From a candidate division FCPU426 bacterium (GTDB lineage Bacteria; Oederibacteriota; Muellerivitia; Muellerivitales; Muellerivitaceae), in the NCBI GenBank assembly GCA_963771075.1, contig CAVYSE010000028.1:288001-352000 (forward strand): a stretch of DNA of 64,000 nt, given 5' to 3'. A model generated the notes under the pieces. That model did not search any database and had not been told where the DNA came from. It saw only the letters and a program-made list of their open reading frames with translations. Below are positions 29,851 to 39,038 of the stretch, piece after piece (position 1 is the stretch's first letter; every line of letters starts with the position of its first letter). A program made the position numbers and the translations under genes.

Positions 29851-30955
29851 CAACTGGTCCCCTTTCCGTTGAGAAGTTCGGACAGATCCTTGGCGTAAGC
29901 CTGGTTGCCCTCGGGTGTCAAATGGCAATGATCGAGGAATAGAGCCGGTTCATAACGGTTGGACCAATCCCGGAAATCCATGCCTTGGAAATAATGGGTG
30001 TGACCTCATGAACGTTCGCAAGGTTTTTCCGGTTGAATTCATAACTTGGGCGGTCCAGATAATCACCCATAAATCCGGGATTCTGCGGAGACAAAATTAC
30101 CTCCACCGGAACGCCGCATTCTTTCAACCTTCCCAAAAGGAGGTCCAAGCTTTGAAAGGGCAGTGCGTCTGCCGGCCAATGATAGGCCTGGTAATAGGTC
30201 GCGATCTTGAGCTTCAACCCCGCCTCCACGAAATCCGAATCCTCCTTGGGCGGTCCCATGACATGCTCAAGCTGTCGCTGGAAAAAATCCTTCTGGCTGG
30301 GGTAATACCATAGATTTTTTGCCATTTGACTTTCGCGAAAAAGGAAACAATGACGGGATAGGAAGCCGTAGAGTTGGTCGCTCAGGGCGTTTTCTTCCGT
30401 CCGCTTGGGGTCGGTCCCAATGGCTTGAAGTATGGAGGAGGGCAGGTCTTCCTTCAAAAATTCCCGAGAGAGGGCCTTTGGGCCGGACGCGAAATCTTGG
30501 GCGAACATCCGGAAGTTGAGGATCAAAAGAATTTTTTCCGGCGGGAGTTGATTTGGAGGAATGTTTCCCCGCTGGATTTCACCTGCCAACGCCGCCAGAT
30601 CGGGCAGGAGGGCCCCGTCCGCCCCGAGGGGAATGAGATGACTCCCCCTTCCGCTCAATTCTTGGTTTAAATAAATCCCCAAGGTCTTTTGCCGGGCTTT
30701 CGGCAGGCGGTGTTCCATCAAGGCAGTCGCTCCCAGGATGCTATCCCCCAGTGCCAACACCCGGGGCCCCTCCCCGGGTGCCATGTAACGCAACCGGTCC
30801 CGGATCTCGGCAAGGCTTGTGAAATCCGAGGTCAAATTGAATTGGCGGTACCAAAAACCCGACGGCACGGACAGGCGCAAGAATAGTTCGAATAGAAAAA
30901 TTAAGCCCAACAGAGAAACCAGGGCACCTTGAGCAAGTTTCTTTGAAAAGGTCAT
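29850..30955 (-). CDS. Membrane-anchored SGNH-like acyltransferase (DltD/AlgJ/PatB-like); frameshifted near 3' end
   Basis: N-terminal TM, 'LALGDS'; DxxH motif 'FLDHCHLTPEGN' in an alternative frame ending at 29850. Confidence 0.75.
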
Positions 30956-31186
30956 TTGATTTGGCCGGCAGAGTAGGAGGATGACTTGAATAGGCGAAGA
31001 ATTAATTTCAAAGTTCGCAGATCCATCCTCCTAAAAGCTGACGTTCCTGCCCGAAAAGGGGAAAAACTAAAAAAAGCCATGCTCATCAAGATGACTAAAA
31101 CCCAAAACAAAGTTCAAAGGCCCTAAAGTATCATTTTCCGGAAAGGAACCCTGTTCCTGGATCCGGCACTCGCGAGAATGATTCCT

Positions 31187-31723
31187 TTAATAAAATTCCA
31201 CCGCGGAGAATATTTTTTTCATCCTAGCTTCGGTCAGGGGTTTATTTTCTTTCGACCATTCGACCGCCGATGTCCGGGAGAACTCATAATGGGCCACCCG
31301 GTGCATGGTATTCCAGCGGGGTTGTCCGTAATTATCCCGTTGCAGTACGTAGACAATATCTACCTTGGCCAGATCCGAGGTCGCCGTTTCAGGTTGGAGT
31401 TTCACGGCCATTTCCAGCGCCGATTCGGCCAAGCGCCTTTTCTTGTCCTTGCCCTTGAAATTATCCCTTAAATCCTGGGCGTTCCAGAAAAAATGGACAT
31501 AATCGGTTTTGTCGGTGACTTGGGCGTTATCCTTGAACCATTCATCCCAGGGAACGGCATCCATCGACCATTTTTTGATAAGGGCGTGGTGCTGGACAGG
31601 AACCGCCATCGTGGAAAGGGTATCCGACCCGTTCATATCCGCCGTCGGGGTCGCCAGGGGCTCTTGAGCCGAAGCCATCCTTGCGATGATTAAAAAGCTC
31701 AAGAACAAAACGATTTTTCTCAT
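31187..31723 (-). CDS. Secreted protein of unknown family (paralogue of 27962-28450)
   Basis: Signal peptide MRKIVLF...ASA; shared conserved blocks. Confidence 0.75.
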   Translation of the reverse strand: MRKIVLFLSFLIIARMASAQEPLATPTADMNGSDTLSTMAVPVQHHALIKKWSMDAVPWDEWFKDNAQVTDKTDYVHFFWNAQDLRDNFKGKDKKRRLAESALEMAVKLQPETATSDLAKVDIVYVLQRDNYGQPRWNTMHRVAHYEFSRTSAVEWSKENKPLTEARMKKIFSAVEFY

Positions 31724-31968
31724 TTTCGATTCCCTTCCCCGCCCTTGTTTATACTCAATTAGCCCGCAACAAGAGGTAAAACGCAAGGATGTCCTACGAA
31801 AACAACCCCTCAACATCGCATAAAGATATGCGATTTGATAATTTCCATAAAGTACATTATGGCTTGGGCTTTCTCAAAATGGGTTAGGATGGGATAAAAT
31901 AAAAAGGTTCGGACTTTTGAACCCCTTGGTCATGAGGGGGTTTACCTAAGGGCTTTACCGGGGGAAAA

Positions 31969-32424
31969 ATGAAAAAGCTATGGATTCCCATTTTACTTTT
32001 GATTCTGGCATTAAACGCGAATGAATGTCCCGCCAAGGACACGCCCGATTTAGCGAAACAATATAAACTTGTCTCGGTCTATTATTCCGTGCCGGACAAC
32101 GACCAACAAAATTTCGCCAACGTCGTGTTCCGTTTCGCCTGGAACGGCAAAACGCCCTCTCAAATCGCCGTTCAATTCGTCAACCGGGCCTATGCCGACC
32201 GGAAACTCAAGTTCGCGATCAAGGACGTCACTTCCAAAAAACTCGTGCTTTTGGACCCGGTTCATAATTCCCGATTCGGGACGGAATCGTTAAAGGCGAA
32301 CTCGAGGGGGAAAATTTGGTCCGGTGAAGTGGACAACATCAATGACAGTTTTTCGCTTCATGTCTGGAACGGTTCGGGCGACGAATTCGACAAGGTGCCC
32401 ATCTCCCTCAAAGACCAGCAATGA
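31969..32424 (+). CDS. Secreted beta-rich hypothetical protein
   Basis: Signal peptide MKKLWIPILLLILALNA; upstream of fkbH. Confidence 0.65.
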   Translation: MKKLWIPILLLILALNANECPAKDTPDLAKQYKLVSVYYSVPDNDQQNFANVVFRFAWNGKTPSQIAVQFVNRAYADRKLKFAIKDVTSKKLVLLDPVHNSRFGTESLKANSRGKIWSGEVDNINDSFSLHVWNGSGDEFDKVPISLKDQQ

Positions 32425-32671
32425 GTTCGATAACCCGGTGGGATAATCATTTCTACCGAAAGACCGCCCTTGCCTTTTTTGTAAGTGTTCACCGCCAAGA
32501 CGCTAAGACGCCAAAAAAGGCTTACTTTTGGAAAAAAACAAAATCGAAACTAAAACCAGAAAATATTTTGGCGTTATCCAAAATCCTTTGTTTTACTTGG
32601 TTTTCTTCGCGGCTTCGCGGTAATGGCCTGAACATCAGTTACCTTTTTTTAATATCAGGAATTGACCTCTT

Positions 32672-34564
32672 ATGAATATGGACTGGCTTCCAAAAAACCC
32701 CGACTTGGCCAAGCAACTGACAGCGATCAAAAAATCGCCTCCTGCGGAAGCTTGGGGCCTGTTGACCGCGATCGCCCAACAGGACCTCAATTTCCTCGAA
32801 ACCTTACAGGTGGATAAGGCTTTAAAGGAAAAATTCGCCGACGCCCCGCCCCCCACCCTCAAAACCAAACCGGTTCGTTTGGCCCTTTTGAGTTCCTGCA
32901 CGGTGGACCAGCTCTTGCCTGGCATTCGGATCGGCGCGCTACGCCGAGAAATCTGGGCCACCACCTACCTGACGGATTACGGGCAATCCCTTCAGGAGAT
33001 AATGGAGCCCTCTTCCCGTCTTCACCTCTTCAAGCCAACCACGGTCCTAGTCGCCTATGACGCGATCCATTTATTCGGAACCCAGCCCTTGGGCCAAAAG
33101 GCGGAAGACGCCGACCTAAAGCTGGAGCGGGCCCTGGAAGAGGTTCAAAACCTTTGGCGGCTTTCCCGGGAAAAATGGGGAACCCGGGTTATCCAACAAA
33201 CTCCTCTTCCGCTTTTTCCTCCCCTGATGGGTCAAAATGAGCATCGGCTCTCGGGTTCCCCCGCGCACCTCTTGCGTCTTTTTAACGAGCGCCTGCGCGG
33301 CTTGGCCGACGAGCAAAAGGTGGATCTGCTTGACCTTAACGCTTGGGCTTCGGGGGAAGGCTTGAGGGCTTGGCACGACCCCGTCCTTTGGCACAAGGCC
33401 AAGCAGGAAGTGAGCCCGGTAGCGGGACCCCTTTATGGAGATCTAGTCGGCCGTCTTTTGGCGGCCCAGCAGGGACGCTCCTCCAAATGTCTGGTCCTGG
33501 ACCTGGACAATACCCTCTGGGGCGGTGTGATCGGAGATGACGGGCTTGAGGGCATTCACTTGGGACAGGGGAGCGCTTTGGGGGAAGCCTACGTGGCCTT
33601 CCAACGATACGCCCGGGACCTGTCCGGCCGGGGCGTCATCCTGGCGGTTTGCTCCAAGAACGACGAGAAGAACGCCTTGGAACCCTTTGAGAAGCATCCG
33701 GAAATGATCTTAAGGAAAAAAGATATCGCCTGTTTCGTGGCCAATTGGAACGACAAGGCGTCGAACCTTAAGCTCATCGCCCAGCAATTGAACATCGGGT
33801 TGGATTCACTGGTCTTCGTGGATGACAATCCCTTCGAGCGTAACCAGGTAAGGGGAGAATGCCCGCAGGTGGCGGTGCCCGAACTGCCCGAGGATCCCTC
33901 GCTTTATCCCGCCTGCCTGGCGAACGCGGGATATTTCGAGTCCATCGCCCTGACCCGGGACGACCTGGCTCGTACCGAGCAATACCAAAAGAACCTGGAG
34001 CGGGAGAAGGCGCAAGCCTCTTTTGGTAACGTGGCCGAGTACCTCAAAAGCCTGGAGATGGAGCTGATCTGGGGGCCTTTTGACCCCCTCAGCCTGCCCC
34101 GCGTCACCCAGTTGATCAATAAAACCAACCAATTCAATTTGACGACCCGCCGTTATTCGGAGGAAGATACCTCCCGTTTCGCGTCCGACCCCAAGTCCAT
34201 TACCCTGCGTTGCCGGTTGACCGACCGCTTCGGGGATAATGGGATCATCGGCATTGTGATCGCAGTCCAGGAAGGCCCCGATGACTGGGACATCGACACC
34301 TGGCTGATGAGCTGCCGGGTTCTGGGCCGGGGCGTGGAACAGGCCATGCTGGACCTGCTGGTCCAGGAAGTTTCGGCACGGGGAGGGAAAAGGTTGTTGG
34401 GCCGTTACATCCCCACCGAAAAGAATGGTATGGTCAAAGACCATTACGCCGGCCTGGGATTTGTCGCCTTGGGGGACCCTGGGCCGGGGGAGACCCGTTG
34501 GGTTTTAGGGGTCGATGACAAAAAACGCTTCGAATATCCCATCCATTTGAAAAAAGGAAACTAA
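32672..34564 (+). CDS. FkbH-like HAD-IIIC glyceryl transferase/phosphatase
   Basis: 'LVLDLDNTLWGG', 'CSKN', 'VFVDDNPFER', 'KTNQFN', 'DRFGDNG', 'LMSCRVLGR'. Confidence 0.93.
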   Translation: MNMDWLPKNPDLAKQLTAIKKSPPAEAWGLLTAIAQQDLNFLETLQVDKALKEKFADAPPPTLKTKPVRLALLSSCTVDQLLPGIRIGALRREIWATTYLTDYGQSLQEIMEPSSRLHLFKPTTVLVAYDAIHLFGTQPLGQKAEDADLKLERALEEVQNLWRLSREKWGTRVIQQTPLPLFPPLMGQNEHRLSGSPAHLLRLFNERLRGLADEQKVDLLDLNAWASGEGLRAWHDPVLWHKAKQEVSPVAGPLYGDLVGRLLAAQQGRSSKCLVLDLDNTLWGGVIGDDGLEGIHLGQGSALGEAYVAFQRYARDLSGRGVILAVCSKNDEKNALEPFEKHPEMILRKKDIACFVANWNDKASNLKLIAQQLNIGLDSLVFVDDNPFERNQVRGECPQVAVPELPEDPSLYPACLANAGYFESIALTRDDLARTEQYQKNLEREKAQASFGNVAEYLKSLEMELIWGPFDPLSLPRVTQLINKTNQFNLTTRRYSEEDTSRFASDPKSITLRCRLTDRFGDNGIIGIVIAVQEGPDDWDIDTWLMSCRVLGRGVEQAMLDLLVQEVSARGGKRLLGRYIPTEKNGMVKDHYAGLGFVALGDPGPGETRWVLGVDDKKRFEYPIHLKKGN

Positions 34565-34566
34565 TC

Positions 34567-34818
34567 ATGGACTCGTCGGAAATTTTAACCCGCTTGACCC
34601 GGATCATCACCCAGGTCTTGGGGGATGATTCAATTGTCTTGAATCTGGCCACCACCGCTCAGGATGTGCCGGGCTGGGACTCCTTCAACCACATCAATAT
34701 CATCGTTGGGACGGAGGCGGAGTTCGGGATCAAGTTCAACGCGTCCGAATTGGAGGACCTGAAGAACGTCGGGGATTTCGTGGCGCTGGTTGAAAAACGG
34801 ATGGCCAAGAAAAAATAA
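34567..34818 (+). CDS. Acyl carrier protein
   Basis: 83 aa, acidic, phosphopantetheine site 'GWDSFNH'. Confidence 0.92.
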   Translation: MDSSEILTRLTRIITQVLGDDSIVLNLATTAQDVPGWDSFNHINIIVGTEAEFGIKFNASELEDLKNVGDFVALVEKRMAKKK

Positions 34819-34842
34819 CCCACGCCCCTTTAAGGACCCGGC

Positions 34843-36438
34843 ATGCTTTTTAACTCCACGCTCTTTCTCCTCCTTTTTTTGCCTGTTTCCCTGATCGTTT
34901 ATTTCCTGCTAGGTTACTACCGGATGAACGCCGCCAAATTTTGGCTGGCTTTCCTGTCCTTCGTCTTTTATGGCTGGTGGAACCCAAGCTACCTCCTGCT
35001 ATTGGCCCTTTCGATCCTATTCAACTATTGCTTCGGTTATTGCATCCAGCTTTTCCAGGATAAACCCAAGATCTCCCGTTGGATCCTGGCGGCGGGGATC
35101 ACGGGCAATTTGGGGACGCTTTTTTACTACAAATACCTGCTCACCCTCCTCAATTGGTTTCATGAAATGGGCGTCTATCACGGCCCCGATTGGGGTGCCC
35201 TGATCCTTCCCCTCGGCATTTCCTTTTTCACCTTCACCCAGATCGGCTTTCTGGTCGATACCCAGGGAGGGATCGCCAAGGAGCGGGGGTTTTTGGAATA
35301 CGTGCTGTTCGTCACCTTTTTCCCCCATTTGTTCGCCGGGCCCATCCTCCACCACCGCGAGATCATGCCCCAGTTTTCCAAAAAAGAGACCTATTTCCTG
35401 AACTGGAACAATCTCGCGGTTGGGTTGGGTATCTTTATCATTGGGTTGGCCAAGAAGGTCCTGATCGCGGACCAGATTGCCCCCATCGCCAACGATATCT
35501 TCCGGCATACGGCGGAAAAACATGTTTTGGAAGCGTGGACGGGAGTGCTGGCCTATTCCTTCCAGCTTTATTTTGATTTCGCCGGATATTCGGAAATGGC
35601 CCTGGGTTTGGCACGAATGTTCAACGTGAAGTTTCCCGCTAACTTCGACTCCCCTTATAAAAGCAAAAACATCATCGACTTTTGGCAGCGATGGCACATT
35701 TCCCTCACCCGCTATTTGACGCTTTACCTCTACAATCCCCTCTCCCTTTGGATCATGCGCCGCCGGGCGGCCAAGGGGATGGCCTTATTAAGGCCCCAAG
35801 AAACGACTTGGGAAGGTTTTTTCATGATGCTAGCCCTTCCCACGCTTTACACCATGATCCTGGCGGGGGTTTGGCATGGAGCGGGTTTCCAATTCTTTAT
35901 ATTCGGACTCCTTCACGGACTTTATCTTTGTATCAATCATGCCTGGCGCTTTTTCGGCCCCAAACAATCGAAAACACCCCTGAAAACCCTCGTTTCCTGG
36001 CTCGACGGAGCCTGGAAATGGGGCCTGACCTATTTCGCCGTTCTGATCGCCCAGATCTTTTTCCGGGCGAAGACGGCCAAGGACGCCTGGCAATTGATCC
36101 AATGTCTTTTCGGTCGTGGAACAGGGGACAGCCCGGGCGGGGCCACGGGCGTCTTGGAATCGATCCTGGATTATTTCGGTACTCCCGTTCCCTATTGGAA
36201 CTATTCCAACTCCCTGGTCACGCTGGGGGTCCTCTTTGTGTTCATCCTCGTGATGCCCAATGTCCTCCAGATTTATGACCGGGAAGAGGCTTCCCTGACC
36301 AAGCTTCGGTCGGCCCCGGCCTTATTCCAATTTCAATTCCGCCCAAATGTCCTTTGGGGGTTTTTATTGGCGGTGTTGGCTTTGGTCACTTTGCTGATGG
36401 TGACAGGTAATTCCGAATTTTTATATTTCCGTTTCTGA
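34843..36438 (+). CDS. MBOAT O-acyltransferase (AlgI type) with fused C-terminal Tyr motif
   Basis: 'LPLGISFFTF', 'FDFAGYS', 'DFWQRWHISL', 'GVWHGA'; ends EFLYFRF. Confidence 0.93.
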   Translation: MLFNSTLFLLLFLPVSLIVYFLLGYYRMNAAKFWLAFLSFVFYGWWNPSYLLLLALSILFNYCFGYCIQLFQDKPKISRWILAAGITGNLGTLFYYKYLLTLLNWFHEMGVYHGPDWGALILPLGISFFTFTQIGFLVDTQGGIAKERGFLEYVLFVTFFPHLFAGPILHHREIMPQFSKKETYFLNWNNLAVGLGIFIIGLAKKVLIADQIAPIANDIFRHTAEKHVLEAWTGVLAYSFQLYFDFAGYSEMALGLARMFNVKFPANFDSPYKSKNIIDFWQRWHISLTRYLTLYLYNPLSLWIMRRRAAKGMALLRPQETTWEGFFMMLALPTLYTMILAGVWHGAGFQFFIFGLLHGLYLCINHAWRFFGPKQSKTPLKTLVSWLDGAWKWGLTYFAVLIAQIFFRAKTAKDAWQLIQCLFGRGTGDSPGGATGVLESILDYFGTPVPYWNYSNSLVTLGVLFVFILVMPNVLQIYDREEASLTKLRSAPALFQFQFRPNVLWGFLLAVLALVTLLMVTGNSEFLYFRF

Positions 36439-36453
36439 TAGGACGTTTAAAAG

Positions 36454-37473
36454 ATGCATAAATTCATGATTTCTTTCACCTTGGTCCTCGCGTTCGGACT
36501 GGCCTTTGCCTGGAACTGGGGGGTGAGTCATCGCCTGTCTTACCTGAGCCGGGATTACGCCCTCCTGACCGGCAAAAACAGGCTGATGGACGGCTGGAAC
36601 AAGCCCGGATTGGCCATCTTCGGGGACTCGACCGTCATGGACGGCGTCTTGCCCGAAAGGTTGGGGCCGGACGTGGTCAATTTCGCCTTAAATGGCTGCA
36701 CGCCTATCGAAAGTTATTTCATGGCGCGCCGTTTGCTGAAAGGCCCGGTCCCACCGAAAGCGGTTCTCCTTTCCTATAACGCCTATCACTTCGTGCATCC
36801 GGATTTTTACTGGGAAAACACGGTGAAATTCGGCGTGATCAGCGGCTTGGAAGCCGACGAGGTCTTGGCCCATATCCTCGAAACGAACGATCAGGAACTA
36901 TTGACCACCTCGAGCCTTTGGCATTTGGAGCAACGGCTCTATTCCTTCCTGCTCTCGCGCGGCTTTCCCTCCTACTATATGTCGTCCCTTTTCGCCGAAC
37001 GCTATGGGGTCCGGGAAAAGGAAAACGAGGAGGCCCTCAAGGTCATCGCCCGCACCCGGGGCCAATATTACTTCCCCCTGTCGGATGGGTCCCAAGACTT
37101 GAACGCGGACACCAAATTGAAGACCTTTAATGTCAGCCCGGTGGTGGATATTTATTTCCGAAAAACCCTCGATATGCTCCGAGAAGCCCATATTCCGCTT
37201 TATTTTTACGCCATGCCCATCAACGAATCGTCCGTTCCCCATCTTGACCCGGGTGTTTTCAAAAGTTATCAGGTTTATTTGGAGGGTCTGGCGAAAGCCG
37301 ATCCCCAATTCCACATCCTTTATCCCATGCGGACGGTTTATCCCTGGAGGCTTTTTTCCGACTACGCCCATTTGAATAAAAATGGTACCCAGCGTTTTAA
37401 CAGGGAATTCGCCCGGATCTTGAACCGTTCCAGGGTCCCGGGCGGGCCTTATGGAGCCCCTTCCGGTCGATGA
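36454..37473 (+). CDS. Membrane-anchored SGNH-like acyltransferase (DltD/AlgJ-like)
   Basis: N-terminal TM, 'IFGDST', 'FSDYAHLN'. Confidence 0.8.
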   Translation: MHKFMISFTLVLAFGLAFAWNWGVSHRLSYLSRDYALLTGKNRLMDGWNKPGLAIFGDSTVMDGVLPERLGPDVVNFALNGCTPIESYFMARRLLKGPVPPKAVLLSYNAYHFVHPDFYWENTVKFGVISGLEADEVLAHILETNDQELLTTSSLWHLEQRLYSFLLSRGFPSYYMSSLFAERYGVREKENEEALKVIARTRGQYYFPLSDGSQDLNADTKLKTFNVSPVVDIYFRKTLDMLREAHIPLYFYAMPINESSVPHLDPGVFKSYQVYLEGLAKADPQFHILYPMRTVYPWRLFSDYAHLNKNGTQRFNREFARILNRSRVPGGPYGAPSGR

Positions 37474-37531
37474 CTTCATTTGGTCGTTGAACCTTCTAAT
37501 TTACCTGCCACAAAGTTGGGTTAAGATTGGT

Positions 37532-39004
37532 ATGGTTTTGACCGATTCAAAGGAGTTGTCCTTGCCCGGAATCAAGCTTTACGCGAAAAAAAAGTTCAAC
37601 CCAAGGGACCTGGGCGCTTTCGCGGCCTTAACGGGCGATCAAAACCCGATCCATATGGACGCCCTCGTCGCGAGGAGGGCTTTTGAGGGTTCCCGTGTGG
37701 TACATGGAGTATTGGTGCTGCTTCATGGTTTGGATCAGTGGGCCAGGGTACAAAAGAAATGGCCTGTTCAAAGAATAAAGTGTGACTTTAAAAAACCGGT
37801 TCTCCTGGATGAATCAGTCGAATATGTTTGGGGAGAAACCGGGACGGGCTCCATCAGGATAAGGGCCCTGGTGGATGAGGTCGTCTGTGCTGAGATCGAG
37901 TTATTCGGGGAAATGGGAAATGGTTCTTCCCTCCTCCCCTCCCGGGGAGGTCACGAGCCGCTCGATGCCTTAAAAAGCCCTTTAGAATGGGACCCGAGCA
38001 GTGGAAACAAGTTATCCGGGACCCTCTCCAATCCCCCAAACGCCCTTCTTAAAAAACATTTTCCCGATCTTTGCCGTTGGCTCCCGGCTTCGAAGGCATC
38101 CGCCCTGTCCCGCCTTTCCTATATCGTCGGCATGATCTGCCCTGGCCTTTACTCGCTTTTTGCTTCCCTGGATATCTCCCTCACGGACGACAGCCCCTCC
38201 CCCGGTTTGACCCTCTTTTCCATTCATCATTACGATGATCGTTTCCATCAAGTGGAGATCCAGGTCAGCGGTGAATGGGGAGGAACGGTCAAGGCCTTTC
38301 TCCGTCCCAAGCCCTACCAACAACCCGGAATGGAATCGATCCGGGGTTTGGTGGTGCCGGAGGAATTTCTATCGGCCCGGGCACTGGTCATCGGCGGATC
38401 CAGGGGGTTAGGGGAGCTCACGGCCAAGCTTCTTTGTTCGGGTGGAGCAAGGGTCACTCTGGGTTATCGGGCGGGAAAAGAGGAAGCTTTGCGAATTAAG
38501 GACGAAATATCAAAATCCGGCCTGGGATCCTGCCAGCCGCTCCAGGTGGATATCCTCAAGCCCCCTTCCAAAACGTTTATCGAAGCGTTAAGCGGGATCA
38601 ACGGTCTTTATTACTTTCCAACTCCCGTGATCTTCAAAAAAGAATCGAGACTATTCGTCAAAAAGCATTTCGACGATTTCATCGACTATTACGTCGACCG
38701 CTTTTATGCGGTTTGTTTAGCCCTTGAAAATAATTCAGCAAATAAGGTTCAGGTCTTCTTTCCCTCCACCGTTTTCATCGATCAAAGGCCAAACGGTATG
38801 ACGGGTTACGCCATGGCAAAGGCGGCTGCCGAGATCTTGATCCAGGACATCAACCGTTCTTTCAAAAAGGTCAACGTGGTCTCGGCCCGTTTGCCCCGAC
38901 TTGGAAGCGATCAAACCAATTCGATCTTTGAAACCAAGAAGGAGGACGGCATATCCGTCCTACTTCCCATTCTTCGATCCATTCAAAGCCGTTTGAACGA
39001 ATGA
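37532..39004 (+). CDS. MaoC-type dehydratase / SDR ketoreductase fusion
   Basis: 'FAALTGDQNPIH...HGVL' (MaoC), 'IGGSRGLG' and 'YAMAK' (SDR). Confidence 0.88.
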   Translation: MVLTDSKELSLPGIKLYAKKKFNPRDLGAFAALTGDQNPIHMDALVARRAFEGSRVVHGVLVLLHGLDQWARVQKKWPVQRIKCDFKKPVLLDESVEYVWGETGTGSIRIRALVDEVVCAEIELFGEMGNGSSLLPSRGGHEPLDALKSPLEWDPSSGNKLSGTLSNPPNALLKKHFPDLCRWLPASKASALSRLSYIVGMICPGLYSLFASLDISLTDDSPSPGLTLFSIHHYDDRFHQVEIQVSGEWGGTVKAFLRPKPYQQPGMESIRGLVVPEEFLSARALVIGGSRGLGELTAKLLCSGGARVTLGYRAGKEEALRIKDEISKSGLGSCQPLQVDILKPPSKTFIEALSGINGLYYFPTPVIFKKESRLFVKKHFDDFIDYYVDRFYAVCLALENNSANKVQVFFPSTVFIDQRPNGMTGYAMAKAAAEILIQDINRSFKKVNVVSARLPRLGSDQTNSIFETKKEDGISVLLPILRSIQSRLNE

Positions 39005-39038
39005 TTCCCTTTCAACTACACCCCTCGAGGAGACATGC

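Noticed and set aside
24560..30050. Frameshifts in nadE, SRAP, MBOAT and SGNH as decay or phase variation
   Set aside because: Clustered regionally, include the normally essential nadE, and are not at long repeat tracts; likely low-quality consensus. Needs read-level confirmation.
32672..39004. Polyketide/tetronate biosynthetic cluster
   Set aside because: No ketosynthase, FabH-like or NRPS genes; the context is envelope acylation.
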